Below the pieces are notes generated by a model. It was not told the DNA's origin. It searched no databases and saw only the letters and a list, made by a program, of their open reading frames with translations. From an uncultured Candidatus Sumerlaeota bacterium (GTDB lineage: Bacteria > CAYMEV01), in contig CAYMEV010000021.1 of the NCBI GenBank assembly GCA_964389675.1, positions 1 through 60,465 on the forward strand: DNA of 60,465 nucleotides. Direction: 5' to 3'. Both the position numbers and the translations under genes were made by a program. Shown here piece by piece: positions 31,562 through 42,300 of the stretch; position 1 is the stretch's first letter, and every line of letters starts with the position of its first letter.

Positions 31562-31933
31562 GTGGCCAGAATCGCAGGAGTGGATTTACCAAAGGATAAA
31601 AGAATAGAGATTGCTCTGACATATATATTTGGAATTGGCAGGCCAACTGCTGGCGAAATATTGAAGAAAGCAAGCCTCGATCCAGGAAAAAGGGTTTTTG
31701 ACCTTGATGCCCAGGAAGTAAATGTTCTCAGAAAGATCATTGAGAGTGATTACAAGGTTGAGGGAGACCTTCAGAGGGAAATTTCTATGAACATAAACAG
31801 GCTGAAGGAGATAAAATGCTATAGAGGCATCAGGCATAGAAAGAACCTTCCTGTCAGAGGACAGAGAACAAAGACCAATGCAAGGACAAGGAAGGGGCCG
31901 AAGAGAACTGTTGGAAGAAAGAAGAAGAAGTAG
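31562..31933 (+). CDS. rpsM: 30S ribosomal protein S13
   Basis: [27 protein letters not shown]. Confidence 0.99.
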   Translation: MARIAGVDLPKDKRIEIALTYIFGIGRPTAGEILKKASLDPGKRVFDLDAQEVNVLRKIIESDYKVEGDLQREISMNINRLKEIKCYRGIRHRKNLPVRGQRTKTNARTRKGPKRTVGRKKKK

Positions 31934-31947
31934 GACAGGAGTAGAAA

Positions 31948-32343
31948 ATGGCTGTTAAAAAAGGAAGAAAATCTGAAAAAAGAAAGGTCAAGAAGATTGT
32001 ATCTGCCGGGGTTGCACACATTAACTCGACGTTTAACAATACGATCATATCCTTTACAGATAAAGACGGAAATGTCCTTTGCTGGTCCAGTGCAGGCTGT
32101 AACGGCTTCAAAGGGTCAAGGAAAAGCACACCCTTTGCGGCTCAGAGTACAGCTCAGAAAGCTGCTGAGAAGGCAAAAGACTACGGGATCAAAGAGGTAG
32201 AGGTCAGGGTTAACGGGCCGGGGCAGGGCAGAGAATCTGCAATAAGGGCTATTCAATCTAATGGAATAGATATAACTGTTATCAAGGACATAACACCATT
32301 ACCTCATAATGGATGCAGACCTCCAAAGAAGAGGCGAATATAA
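31948..32343 (+). CDS. rpsK: 30S ribosomal protein S11
   Basis: [23 protein letters not shown]. Confidence 0.99.
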   Translation: MAVKKGRKSEKRKVKKIVSAGVAHINSTFNNTIISFTDKDGNVLCWSSAGCNGFKGSRKSTPFAAQSTAQKAAEKAKDYGIKEVEVRVNGPGQGRESAIRAIQSNGIDITVIKDITPLPHNGCRPPKKRRI

Positions 32344-32378
32344 TGAATATAATTCTTATTTTATAAGGAGGAGAAGAG

Positions 32379-32999
32379 TTGGGCAGATATAGAGGACCGT
32401 TATGCAGGTTATGCAGAGCTGAAAAAACACCTCTGTTCTTAAAATCAACAAGGTGCCAGACTGAGAAATGCAGTCTCAGGAAAAAGAACTACAAACCAGG
32501 CGAACACGGTTTAAAGAGAGAAAAGATTACTGAATACAAGCTTCAGCTTAGAGAGAAACAGAAGGTTAAGAGAATATACGGCTTATATGAAAGCCAGTTT
32601 AAGAACCATTTCAACAGGGCAGAAAAGATGAAAGGGGTTACTGGCGAGAATTTACTGATGCTTCTGGAAAAAAGGCTGGACAATGTTCTGTTCAGAGCCG
32701 GTTTTGCACAGTCAAGAAGAGAAGCCAGAAATCTTATTCTTCACAGGCATATAAAACTCAACGGTGCAAGAGTTGATATTCCTTCAGTACAGACAAAACA
32801 GGGAGACACCATACAGGCATACAGGACAAATATTGTATCTATGTTAAATGCTGTTCAATCAAAAGTAAAAGCAGATATCCCTGAATGGCTGAATCTGGAT
32901 GAGGAAAATCTGACAATCAAGGTTATCGGAGACCCAAAGAGAACGGATGTTGATATTCCTATTAACGAACAGCTGATTGTTGAGCTTTATTCAAAATAG
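32379..32999 (+). CDS. rpsD: 30S ribosomal protein S4
   Basis: CRLCR, QLREKQK, RLDNV, IVELYSK. Confidence 0.99.
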   Translation: MGRYRGPLCRLCRAEKTPLFLKSTRCQTEKCSLRKKNYKPGEHGLKREKITEYKLQLREKQKVKRIYGLYESQFKNHFNRAEKMKGVTGENLLMLLEKRLDNVLFRAGFAQSRREARNLILHRHIKLNGARVDIPSVQTKQGDTIQAYRTNIVSMLNAVQSKVKADIPEWLNLDEENLTIKVIGDPKRTDVDIPINEQLIVELYSK

Positions 33000-33025
33000 T
33001 ATTGTTATTATAAGGAGAATTTTTT

Positions 33026-34018
33026 ATGGCTACTTTAGGACTTTTAAAGCCTAAAAAGATATATTTTCACAAGCAGGATTTAACAGATAAATATGGAAAG
33101 TTTGTAATAGAGCCTCTTGCCAGAGGATTTGGATATACCCTTGGTAATTCACTCAGGAGAGTGCTGTTATCATCTATTGAAGGAAGTGCAGTCGTAGCTG
33201 TCAAACTTGAGAACATTTACCATGAGTTCTCTACTATACCTGGCGTAAATGAGGACACTACAGACCTGATCCTGAATCTGAAGAAAGTCAGGATAAAGCT
33301 GCTGACAGATAAACCCAAAAGCATGATCATTGATACCTCAGTTCCAGGCGAGGTCCTTGCAAGGGATATAAAAAGCGATGCTGACTTTGAAGTGATAAAT
33401 CCGGAGTGCTATATATGCACCTTAGATGCAAATTCCAGATTAAAACTTGAGATGATTGCAAAAAAGGGATTAGGCTATGCTACAAGCGAAGAAAATATTG
33501 ATGAGGATTTTGATTTGGGTTTTATACCTATTGACAGCATATTTTCTCCTATAAAAAAGGTTAGTTACAAAGTGGAACCAACCAGGCTCGGGAAATCCAT
33601 TAATTATGACAGGCTGACAATGGAGATAACTACAGATGGCAGTATAACGCCCGATGAAGCACTGGATAAGTCAGCTAAAAAGATAAGGGAATACCTTCTT
33701 CCCTTCCTAATATCATATGAAAGCCCTGAGGACATAAGTGCCTCTGTAGATAAGGACCTGGAAAAGCGCCTTGAGTTCCTCAATAAGGATGTAAGTGAGC
33801 TGGAGCTTTCTGTAAGATCTGCACACTGTCTTAAAAATGCGAATATTAAGACTATAAAGGACCTTGTTTTTAAATCTGAGACTGAGATGATAAAAACGAA
33901 GAATTTCGGAAAGAAATCATTGAATGAGATTAAGCAGATACTTGCCAATATGGGGTTAAGGCTTGGTATGACCCACGAAGACCTGGATATTCAGTCTTCA
34001 AAGCTTGAAAACAAATAA
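33026..34018 (+). CDS. rpoA: RNA polymerase alpha subunit
   Basis: EPLARGFGYTLGNSLRR, LELSVRSAHCL, NFGKKSLNEI. Confidence 0.99.
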   Translation: MATLGLLKPKKIYFHKQDLTDKYGKFVIEPLARGFGYTLGNSLRRVLLSSIEGSAVVAVKLENIYHEFSTIPGVNEDTTDLILNLKKVRIKLLTDKPKSMIIDTSVPGEVLARDIKSDADFEVINPECYICTLDANSRLKLEMIAKKGLGYATSEENIDEDFDLGFIPIDSIFSPIKKVSYKVEPTRLGKSINYDRLTMEITTDGSITPDEALDKSAKKIREYLLPFLISYESPEDISASVDKDLEKRLEFLNKDVSELELSVRSAHCLKNANIKTIKDLVFKSETEMIKTKNFGKKSLNEIKQILANMGLRLGMTHEDLDIQSSKLENK

Positions 34019-34036
34019 GGATGAGGGGATTTTAAA

Positions 34037-34540
34037 ATGGACCACAAAAACAGTTTTAATAAATTACAGAGAAAGGCCGATGAAAGAAGAGCACTTATAA
34101 ATGTACTGCTTACAGAGCTTTTCAGATATCAGAGGATTAAAACTACTCTTCCGAAAGCCAAAGCGCTGAAAAGGTATGCAGATAAGATCGTAACGCAGGC
34201 AAAAAAGGGACAGCTTCATAACCGCAGGAATGTGCTGAAAAGAATACAATCAAAAGAAGTAGTCTCAAACCTGTTTGATAATATAGCCCCGAGGTTCAGT
34301 GAAAGAGAAGGGGGTTATACCCGTGTTCTAAAACTTCAGTCCAGAGTGGGCGACAATGCAAAAATGGCACTTGTTGAACTTGTTGATATTCCTGATTATA
34401 AAAAGCTGGATGATGTCAAAAAGAGCAAAAAAAGGCCGGCAAGCAGAACAGCAAAAAAACCCGCATATTTAGGGAAAAAGGCCAAAGAAAAGAAGGCCGC
34501 TCCCAAAAAAAAGGCTGAAAAAGTAGAGCAGCCTTCATAA
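34037..34540 (+). CDS. rplQ: 50S ribosomal protein L17 with Lys/Ala-rich tail
   Basis: IKTTLPKAK, GGYTRVLK, GDNA. Confidence 0.98.
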   Translation: MDHKNSFNKLQRKADERRALINVLLTELFRYQRIKTTLPKAKALKRYADKIVTQAKKGQLHNRRNVLKRIQSKEVVSNLFDNIAPRFSEREGGYTRVLKLQSRVGDNAKMALVELVDIPDYKKLDDVKKSKKRPASRTAKKPAYLGKKAKEKKAAPKKKAEKVEQPS

Positions 34541-34555
34541 AGCATAATTTCAGAA

Positions 34556-35755
34556 GTGTCTATTAACAGCTTATATAAGGCAGCAGTGATAAGTATTTTG
34601 CTTTACTCACTGCTGCTTTTTTATTCCTGTTCAGGTGATAACTCAGGAACCGCAGACATCAGCCAGGGTATCCTTATAGACTCTGGCGCAATGAAAACAG
34701 CAAAAAATGAATTATTATCCATTATCCCCGCTCACGAATCATTGCCGCCTAAGGGGCCCGGGCTGGCACTGGCGATGGGAGGGGCCCATCTAAGGATCCT
34801 TAAGGAAAAGTACAGTGAAGTAATCATTACGATGCCACAGATTACAAATGGCCAGGTTCCGGTAGCATATGCTGTATCATGCAGTCCGGAAGGTTCCTGC
34901 CTGGAATACAGAATCATAAAGAGGGATAAATTAAATACAGCAGTCAGGATAACGGTTAACGGGAAGAAGGATGCTGAGATACAGATTGAATGGATCGCTG
35001 TAGTGCTCTTAAAAAACAAACCTGAGATGCAATCAGAAATCAGGTGCCCGGAATCATTGATTAAACCCACATCATGTGTACAGGCTGAGCATAAGAATAT
35101 TAAGGCACTGTCAAGGGAGCTATGGCCGGAAGATGGAGAGATAAACAGCTATGCAGAAAATATCCAGTCTTTTATAATGGGTATGGTCCAGAAAAATCAG
35201 CCTGCAAAAATTGACGCAATAAGTATTCTCGATAGCGGATGCAACTGGATATGTACAGCAAATGCCAATCTTGCCTGTGCTTTAATGAGGACTAAGGGTA
35301 TTTGCGCTCGCAGCCTTGCGGTGATACCGGTTATTTCACGCCGTCTTGAAATGCACAGGGTTGTTGAATATTGCATTGATGGCCAGTGGATCAGCTTTGA
35401 TCCGTCATCCCTTAATAAAAATATCCCTCTTATGCCATGGCAGGGGATAGTTATGGCACAAACCACCATAGATGATGAGGAAACTTCGATGAAGCCACGT
35501 ATGGGCAGTATGCCGGGGTGCCCCTATGGCCAGGAGATTGAGATCTGCAGTAATGCAGTCAGCCTCTGGGGCAATGATTTCTTCTGGACTATTGCCATTC
35601 CCCTTGCTGAATTTGAAGTGGACGAAGAAAACGCCAGGCTGATTGAAACGGAATGGATAAGGTTTCTGGAAACAGGGCTGATCCAGAGAAAGCAGATCAA
35701 TGCAGCAAGAGCTGAAAACCTCAATGATTTAATAAAACACTTCAAACAGGATTAA
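34556..35755 (+). CDS. Lipoprotein with transglutaminase-like (Cys-His-Asp) domain
   Basis: Signal peptide with lipobox-like FYSC; ICTANANLACALMRTKGICAR, MHRVVEY, WISFDP. Confidence 0.75.
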   Translation: MSINSLYKAAVISILLYSLLLFYSCSGDNSGTADISQGILIDSGAMKTAKNELLSIIPAHESLPPKGPGLALAMGGAHLRILKEKYSEVIITMPQITNGQVPVAYAVSCSPEGSCLEYRIIKRDKLNTAVRITVNGKKDAEIQIEWIAVVLLKNKPEMQSEIRCPESLIKPTSCVQAEHKNIKALSRELWPEDGEINSYAENIQSFIMGMVQKNQPAKIDAISILDSGCNWICTANANLACALMRTKGICARSLAVIPVISRRLEMHRVVEYCIDGQWISFDPSSLNKNIPLMPWQGIVMAQTTIDDEETSMKPRMGSMPGCPYGQEIEICSNAVSLWGNDFFWTIAIPLAEFEVDEENARLIETEWIRFLETGLIQRKQINAARAENLNDLIKHFKQD

Positions 35756-35826
35756 GGCATTGCGCAGCGTTTTATTTAAAAATTCAATGTTATTACTAAA
35801 CTGCTGCAACCTGTGTTATTATCAGC

Positions 35827-36198
35827 TTATTTGAAATATGATGCCATGCAGTTATCAGATTCCCATACATTCACCCGGACCAGGCTGGCATCCTTGTACT
35901 CTTTAAGTGCAGAACTGATTTTCAGGTATATCTGATAGCTTATATTTTCTGCTGATGGATTTATATTTTTGAATTCAGGCAGGTCATTCAAAACAGTATG
36001 GTCGAATAGGCCAAGCACATCCGATAAAATCTTTTTAAGATTGTAAAAATCTATTGCAAGGCCAATTTTATCTAAATTATCCCTGTCGATAAAAATTTCT
36101 ACCTTATAATTATGACCATGAAGGTTTTCGCATTTGCCGTCATAGAACATTAGCTTATGAGCTGCGCAGAAGGAACCCCTTACCATTAATTGAAACAC
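35827..36198 (-). CDS. queD: 6-carboxy-5,6,7,8-tetrahydropterin synthase
   Basis: FCAAH, CENLHGHNY, DHTVLN, PSAENI, VWES. Confidence 0.93.
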   Translation of the reverse strand: MFQLMVRGSFCAAHKLMFYDGKCENLHGHNYKVEIFIDRDNLDKIGLAIDFYNLKKILSDVLGLFDHTVLNDLPEFKNINPSAENISYQIYLKISSALKEYKDASLVRVNVWESDNCMASYFK

Positions 36199-36199
36199 T

Positions 36200-38650
36200 C
36201 TATATCTCCTTCCTTTTTCTTCTAAAATAATTAATATAAACAGGAAGAATAAAAAGGGAATAAAAAAGAGAAGCTGAAATTCCTATGGATGATAGCAGCC
36301 CTATCTGAAAAAGCCCTGTATAGCTGGAGAACATAAGGCTTCCAAAGCCTGCTATCGTAGTTAATGAGGTCATTACTACAGGGAAGAATACACCCTTAAA
36401 CGATTCAGCTTCATTTTTTGTGAGGGTGAAGCGGTGCATGAAATGTATGCCGTCATCTATGCCTATTCCAAATACTATTGGAAGCACTATTATGCTGGAA
36501 TAATTGAAATCAATCTTCAGGAGGATCATTGCGAAGATCACTGTAAGCAGTGAGTAAGAAGTTGGCATAAGTGCTAAAAGGGCATGCCAGTTCCTGAATT
36601 TTAAGAATACAATAATAAATGTTGCCAGTACAGCGCACAGGATTGCATAGGGAAAAGAATCCCTGACAATCTTCTCTATGTTCCCTACAATAATCCCTAT
36701 ATCAAAAAACCTTATCAGGCCATTTCCGCTCTCGTGTTTTAGAAAAGCCTCCATATCCTTTGCATTCTCAAACCTGATGGGAAGCATAATTGCTGTTATA
36801 CTGCCTTCATCATATACTATGAGCCGGTCAAAGATACTGCTGAAGCTGCTGTTCTGGACCAGCTCATCAAAATTCATTATCATTTCTTCTTCTATAATTT
36901 TTTCTATATCACCTGTATAAGACATTACATAATCACTGTTCAGATTATACATTCCGCTGAGATCCAGAATATTCCGGTTAACCGAGCTGAAGTCGATTTT
37001 CCTGAGATTATCCCTGATTATTTCCATTTCTTCTGTGTTTTTAAATATCCTGCTGATATCGAAAAAGCTGTAATTATAGCTTTCCTGCTTTGATTTCAGG
37101 AAGGATGCCGCTTTATGGATATTGTCAACCATATCAGTTTTTGCATCAATTATGCCGAATATATTGTTTTCACCCATATCAAAATTCTTGAATGCATATG
37201 CGAGATTGTTTGATGGTATGTCAAGCCTCGGCCGCAGTGTCTGAAAATCTGCATCAAAATTCAGCCTTTTAATGCCCAACCCTATAAAGATGCACATAAG
37301 GAATAGAATTGCTGTGGATATCAGGACTGTTAACCTGCAGTTACTGTAAAACAGCTTAAAAATCCTTTCACCGGCAGCCGTGCTAATGATTTTTTTCGGG
37401 TGAGAAGCAAATACCGGGTAGAACAGGATAATTGAGATAAACATAAACAGGATGCCTGAGCCTATTATTACTGCTAACTGCTGTATGAGCCTGAATTTTA
37501 TTATATACAGTGAAAAGAAGCAGAAAGATGTCGTCAGTGATCCGAATAATATACCCGAGAATGCATTCTCATATGTCTTTTTGAGCCTTTTTACTGCATT
37601 GCCGGGAGTTATGGACATATCCGTTGAATACAGGTGAATAAGGTAGTCTATTCCTAAAGCCAGCAGAACTGCGCTGAATGCTGCTACAAATATGTTTATA
37701 CGTCCGTAAATTACTATTGCTGTTGCGTATGTGGCAAGAATACCGAATGAGAGGAGTGAAAAAAGCGCCAGAAGGCTCGTGAAACCCCTGAATGACAGAT
37801 AGAAGAGAAGAGAAAGGAATATGAATGTAAATGTGATTGAGATAATAATGTCCCTTCTGATTGTAACTGAGTCATAATAGGAGAAGATATGCCCTCCTGC
37901 AAGCATATAGCTGAACTGACTGTCAGGGCTTTCTATGTCATAAAACTGGCTTTCCGCTATATTCATTCCACTTCGGCCTGCTTCCTCTTCTATTATGGTT
38001 TTTAATCCTTCAAGAAAAATTCTGTTCCTGTCTATCTCCTGGGGAGCAAAGCTGGTTTTTATTATTATTAAAAGGCTTTTCTGGTCTTTGCTCAAATATT
38101 GAGGGCCTTGCTGTCCAAGCTTATCAAAATCCAGCTGTCCGAGTATATCATTGTATATATTAAGTATATCATCCGTAAAAAACTGTAATTCTCCAAGCCT
38201 TCCAAAGCTGTTATAGAATCTGTCAAGCCTTTTTTTTATCCCTTCCCTTGTAGAAAGGCCTGCAGAAAGCTCCATGCTCTGGTCTTTATCCATGAACAGA
38301 TAGAAATGATCAAGGAAGAAGGATTCAATATTGTCTATATTGTATTCCTTTTCCAGGTTTATGGAATGGATGCAGTCAAGAGCCCTGAGCTTTTCTTCGA
38401 TATTTATTTTCAGGTCATAAAGGTATCCTGTATCTTCAGCGTTCTGAGAGTGCAGTATGACAAAAAGCTCATCCTGCCTGAGTATCCCCTGCAGGTCCTT
38501 GTCCTCAAGATACTGTTCAAAATTTGTATCTATTTTCAGCCGGCTTGCTGAAAAAATCAGAAGCAGGATGAATAACAGCATAAATATGATCCGGAAAGCG
38601 GATCTATTGTTGTAGATTGTTGATATTAACCATTCGGGATATCTGTTCAT
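36200..38650 (-). CDS. MMPL/RND family lipid exporter
   Basis: Two 1+5 TM repeats with large periplasmic loops; ALGIDYLIH, GIGIDDGIH, SLTTIAGFGSL. Confidence 0.88.
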   Translation of the reverse strand: MNRYPEWLISTIYNNRSAFRIIFMLLFILLLIFSASRLKIDTNFEQYLEDKDLQGILRQDELFVILHSQNAEDTGYLYDLKINIEEKLRALDCIHSINLEKEYNIDNIESFFLDHFYLFMDKDQSMELSAGLSTREGIKKRLDRFYNSFGRLGELQFFTDDILNIYNDILGQLDFDKLGQQGPQYLSKDQKSLLIIIKTSFAPQEIDRNRIFLEGLKTIIEEEAGRSGMNIAESQFYDIESPDSQFSYMLAGGHIFSYYDSVTIRRDIIISITFTFIFLSLLFYLSFRGFTSLLALFSLLSFGILATYATAIVIYGRINIFVAAFSAVLLALGIDYLIHLYSTDMSITPGNAVKRLKKTYENAFSGILFGSLTTSFCFFSLYIIKFRLIQQLAVIIGSGILFMFISIILFYPVFASHPKKIISTAAGERIFKLFYSNCRLTVLISTAILFLMCIFIGLGIKRLNFDADFQTLRPRLDIPSNNLAYAFKNFDMGENNIFGIIDAKTDMVDNIHKAASFLKSKQESYNYSFFDISRIFKNTEEMEIIRDNLRKIDFSSVNRNILDLSGMYNLNSDYVMSYTGDIEKIIEEEMIMNFDELVQNSSFSSIFDRLIVYDEGSITAIMLPIRFENAKDMEAFLKHESGNGLIRFFDIGIIVGNIEKIVRDSFPYAILCAVLATFIIVFLKFRNWHALLALMPTSYSLLTVIFAMILLKIDFNYSSIIVLPIVFGIGIDDGIHFMHRFTLTKNEAESFKGVFFPVVMTSLTTIAGFGSLMFSSYTGLFQIGLLSSIGISASLFYSLFILPVYINYFRRKRKEI

Positions 38651-39366
38651 ATTTGGCCGGAACCCTTTTTTATAAGGAGTTTTATCATTACAAAAAGAGA
38701 TTTAACTGTTATTATTGTAAAATCCCTTACAGGCCTGAAATGGGAAATATTCTCCTTCTTCTTAAAATAAACGGCCTGTATATCAATTTCCTTTATTCTA
38801 AATCCAAGCTTTACTGCATAGATAAGGACTTCTGTCTCAAGAGAAAAATCATGGTATCCCGGGAAGAATTTTTTGAAAATGCTAAGCCTGTAGGCCCGGA
38901 AACCGCACTGGGCATCCTTTATCCTTTCCCCGATAAGGAAAGAAAGCACCCTGGATGAAATGGTATTGGAGTAGTATTTTATCCAGGGGAATGCAAGCCT
39001 GTTGCCTGTCCTGTTGCCGTTAATGATATCATGCTCATCCTGGCTGATGAGCCTGAGGAATTTTGGGATATCTTCCGGCTGATGCTGATAATCACCATCA
39101 ATGGATATTACCCATTCATAATTGTTCTCCATGCCGTAAAGGAAACCGTCAATAAGGCATTTGCCTTTTCCCATGTTGCTTTCGTGGTCTATCAGCCTGC
39201 AATGCTCAGCGATATATTCTTTATCGAGGTTATCAGAACCGTCATTGATGATCAGGATATCCTCCAGATATTTCTTTATCTCCTTTATCAATCCGTAGAA
39301 CCTCTCCGGGGGATTGTAGACAGGTATTATTACGAGTATTGCAGGCTTATTCAAAGGATGCTCCAA
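38647..39366 (-). CDS. Glycosyltransferase family 2 (DPM1-like)
   Basis: IIPVYN, INDGS, NMGKG, IDGDYQH, DAQCGFR. Confidence 0.93.
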   Translation of the reverse strand: MEHPLNKPAILVIIPVYNPPERFYGLIKEIKKYLEDILIINDGSDNLDKEYIAEHCRLIDHESNMGKGKCLIDGFLYGMENNYEWVISIDGDYQHQPEDIPKFLRLISQDEHDIINGNRTGNRLAFPWIKYYSNTISSRVLSFLIGERIKDAQCGFRAYRLSIFKKFFPGYHDFSLETEVLIYAVKLGFRIKEIDIQAVYFKKKENISHFRPVRDFTIITVKSLFVMIKLLIKKGSGQI

Positions 39367-42300
39367 GCTGAATGTCAGCTCCTATACTCCCGAATTCGCT
39401 TCTCTGAAGGATTGCATTTAAATTGCTGGTTATCTGGTATTTCAGGATTGCGATCTGCTCTTCACCATAGGATGTGCTGAATGAGTATAATAAGAAGAGG
39501 CGGTTAGTAAGCCTCTTTTCAATTGTTATTTTTGCTGAGAGGTCAGATTGTGATCCGCTTAATATGGGGGTAATTGTTATCTTATCAAATTTGAACAGGT
39601 CTTCGGCGGTTTTTTCAAGGTAGCTTGTCAGATTGCTTGTAAGTATCGTACTTATACCGTATTCTCCGAACCTTGTCTGGCTTCCTCCTGCCATATGGTC
39701 CTGCGTGGTTCTTCCTGACCCTAAAAGGCTTAAAATATCTATCTCCGGAAGGGAAGGGCTCGATGTGAGATCTAATACAGGATTATCAAGGCTGCCGGAG
39801 ACAGCAACGCTTATATTATAGCCGTTTATAAAGGTTTTTCCCGAAAAATTGACATTCGGGTCCAGCCTGAAAGGGTTTACAAACTCTGCATTTCCCTTTA
39901 ATTCCTTAAATGTATTGTTCAGCAGATATATTTCTCCGCTGATTACTTCAGCCCTTCCGAGAAGTATCGGATTCAGAAGGCCTCCCTTGACCTCCAGGTC
40001 AGCCTTAAATGACAGCTTTCCAAGATCATTGTCCATGGACAGATTCCTTTCCCCTGTCACCTTTATATCCATCCTTACAATATCTTCGCTCCTCGATGCG
40101 GATGCATCATAGGTCGACCGGCCTGTTATGACGCCCCTTATCATATTGCTGAGCTTTGATGCGAGCTCAATCTTCTCAACATATCTGAAATAATTAAGGT
40201 TTACATCACCTGAAAGAATAAAACCTGACCGCGAATCTCCATTAAACCTCAGGTCTGCGTTAAATCTTGAATCAAATGTCTTGGGCCATGTATAGCTTAT
40301 GTCCTTTGCCATTATATTAAGCAGGACATTATCGATCCCCTCCGTACTAAAGAGTATATTCCCGCCAATAAGAAGTTCGCCCTTGTTCAGGCGCGCATTG
40401 AGCTCTTTCACGCTAATGTTTGTACCTGAAATATAAAAGTCGCCGTTTATATTGGTTATTGGATAAGAGAGGTCCCGGATCCTTATAAATCCGTTTGCGA
40501 GCTTTGTATTTCCCTGAAAAACAGGCTCAGATATCTTGCCGAAAAGGTCAAGATATATCTCTGAATCCCCTCTGAGGGTATATATTAATTCTGAAGGAAG
40601 AAACTGCGAGAATAATGATATATCGATATTAGACTGCAGGTTCAGGTCATAACCGGAAACAGGGTCGATTATCCCGCTTATCCTGAATATGTTCTTTGAG
40701 TTTTCAAGCAGAAAATCCTTTATTATAAGCTGCCTGCTTGTATAAACGATCTTAATAGTCTCCGGGTTTATGTATTCCTTCTTCATAAAATTCAGATTCA
40801 TATTCTCTATGTGAAACTGGACAAACAGGGAGTCAATATTCTCCAGGTTGATACTGCCTGCTATATTGCCTTTCAAAGGCATGGCAATATCCTTTATTTC
40901 ATTCTCTGACATCATGCTCAGGTATCTTATAATATCCGGGGAATTTATATCTCCATCTGCTTCAATATTGTATATATCATTTATTCTGCCGTTTATATTT
41001 ACTGAATCCTCCATTCTTATTGAAAATGTACCGTTATTTTCGCTAAGATTCATAATAAATGGTATATCAGGCAGACTGCTGCCCTCTTTGTATATGCTTT
41101 TGAACGATCCTGACAGTTCAGCATTTATAAGGTCCAGTGTTCCCCCGCTGCTTAGTTTTATATCTGCAAGCATGTTATCAAACCCGGTTATTGCCTTAAT
41201 TTGCTTTCTATCAAATATTGAGGACCCTCTGGATTCAAAATCCAGCCAATATTCATTTTTTTTGAAATCATATCTGCCGGAAGCGTCTGCTGTTCCCTGA
41301 GGCAAAGAAAATTCAGCATTGTCCAGCGATAATATATCATCCCGGTAACTTCCGCTTATATTGCCTGATCCAAGATACAGGTCCTCATAGCGGATCCCTT
41401 CTGCCATTATATTTTCAAAATCAATAAAGACATCATCGCCTTTGCTGCCTATCATTATGCTTCCTGTTACTTCACTTTCAGCAGGGACGTCCAGGCCATA
41501 TATGCCCAGCACATCTGAAGCATTATAACCGTCGGAATTTATGGCAAGCTCAAGGAGCTTATCAGCATTTTCCATAAGGTCAATATAACCATCAGCAGAT
41601 ACACGATTCCCGCCTTTCAGAATTACTGTCTGTAATAATTCGATCTTCTGGTCAAAGTAGTTTACCTTTCCTGATATATCACCAAGAAATGTGCCGGAGA
41701 AAACCACATTCTGAGCTTTCAGCTCTGATTCTATCAGGGGATTTTCTGCTTCCCCTTTAATGGTGCCAGTGATTACCCCGGTTCCTGACCCGACTATATT
41801 GGAATCCCAGAACTCCAGGAAAGAGCCCGCTGATTCCTTATCCCCTGAAAGAATCTCAGCTGCAACAAGCTGTCTGATAAAGCGATGCTGATCTGCCGGA
41901 TCATTGATCTGATATGTAAAGTATCCGTCAATATTTCCCGAATCTGTATTATATTCCCCGGTGCAGGAAATGGTGGAACTGTCTATGGAAATGTTTTCAG
42001 CAGAAGCTCTTATAATGCTGCCTGTATAATCTATTATAATATCAGCGCTTATGGGTGAATAACCCCTGTCATTTTTAAGTACCTTCATATCTGCATTTAT
42101 GCCCGGCAGAAGAACATCCTTATTTATATCAAGACTGAGAATGCCTTTTAGCGAGATATCCTGGTAAAATGTGCTTTCATGGCCGGCGAAGGAAGATAGA
42201 AATCGGTTAGTGTCAATATGGCCGATATAAAAATCAGCATCAGCAAGATGTCCAGTTTTGTCTATCAGGCTGTCGATGTTCAGTTTACAAGAAAGCTGTC

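Noticed and set aside
2313-34249. Many antisense or alternative-frame ORFs inside ribosomal and RNAP genes
   Set aside because: Shadows of conserved genes with no recognisable motifs
35756-35826. Bidirectional terminator between convergent genes
   Set aside because: Only an imperfect long-loop inverted repeat without U tracts
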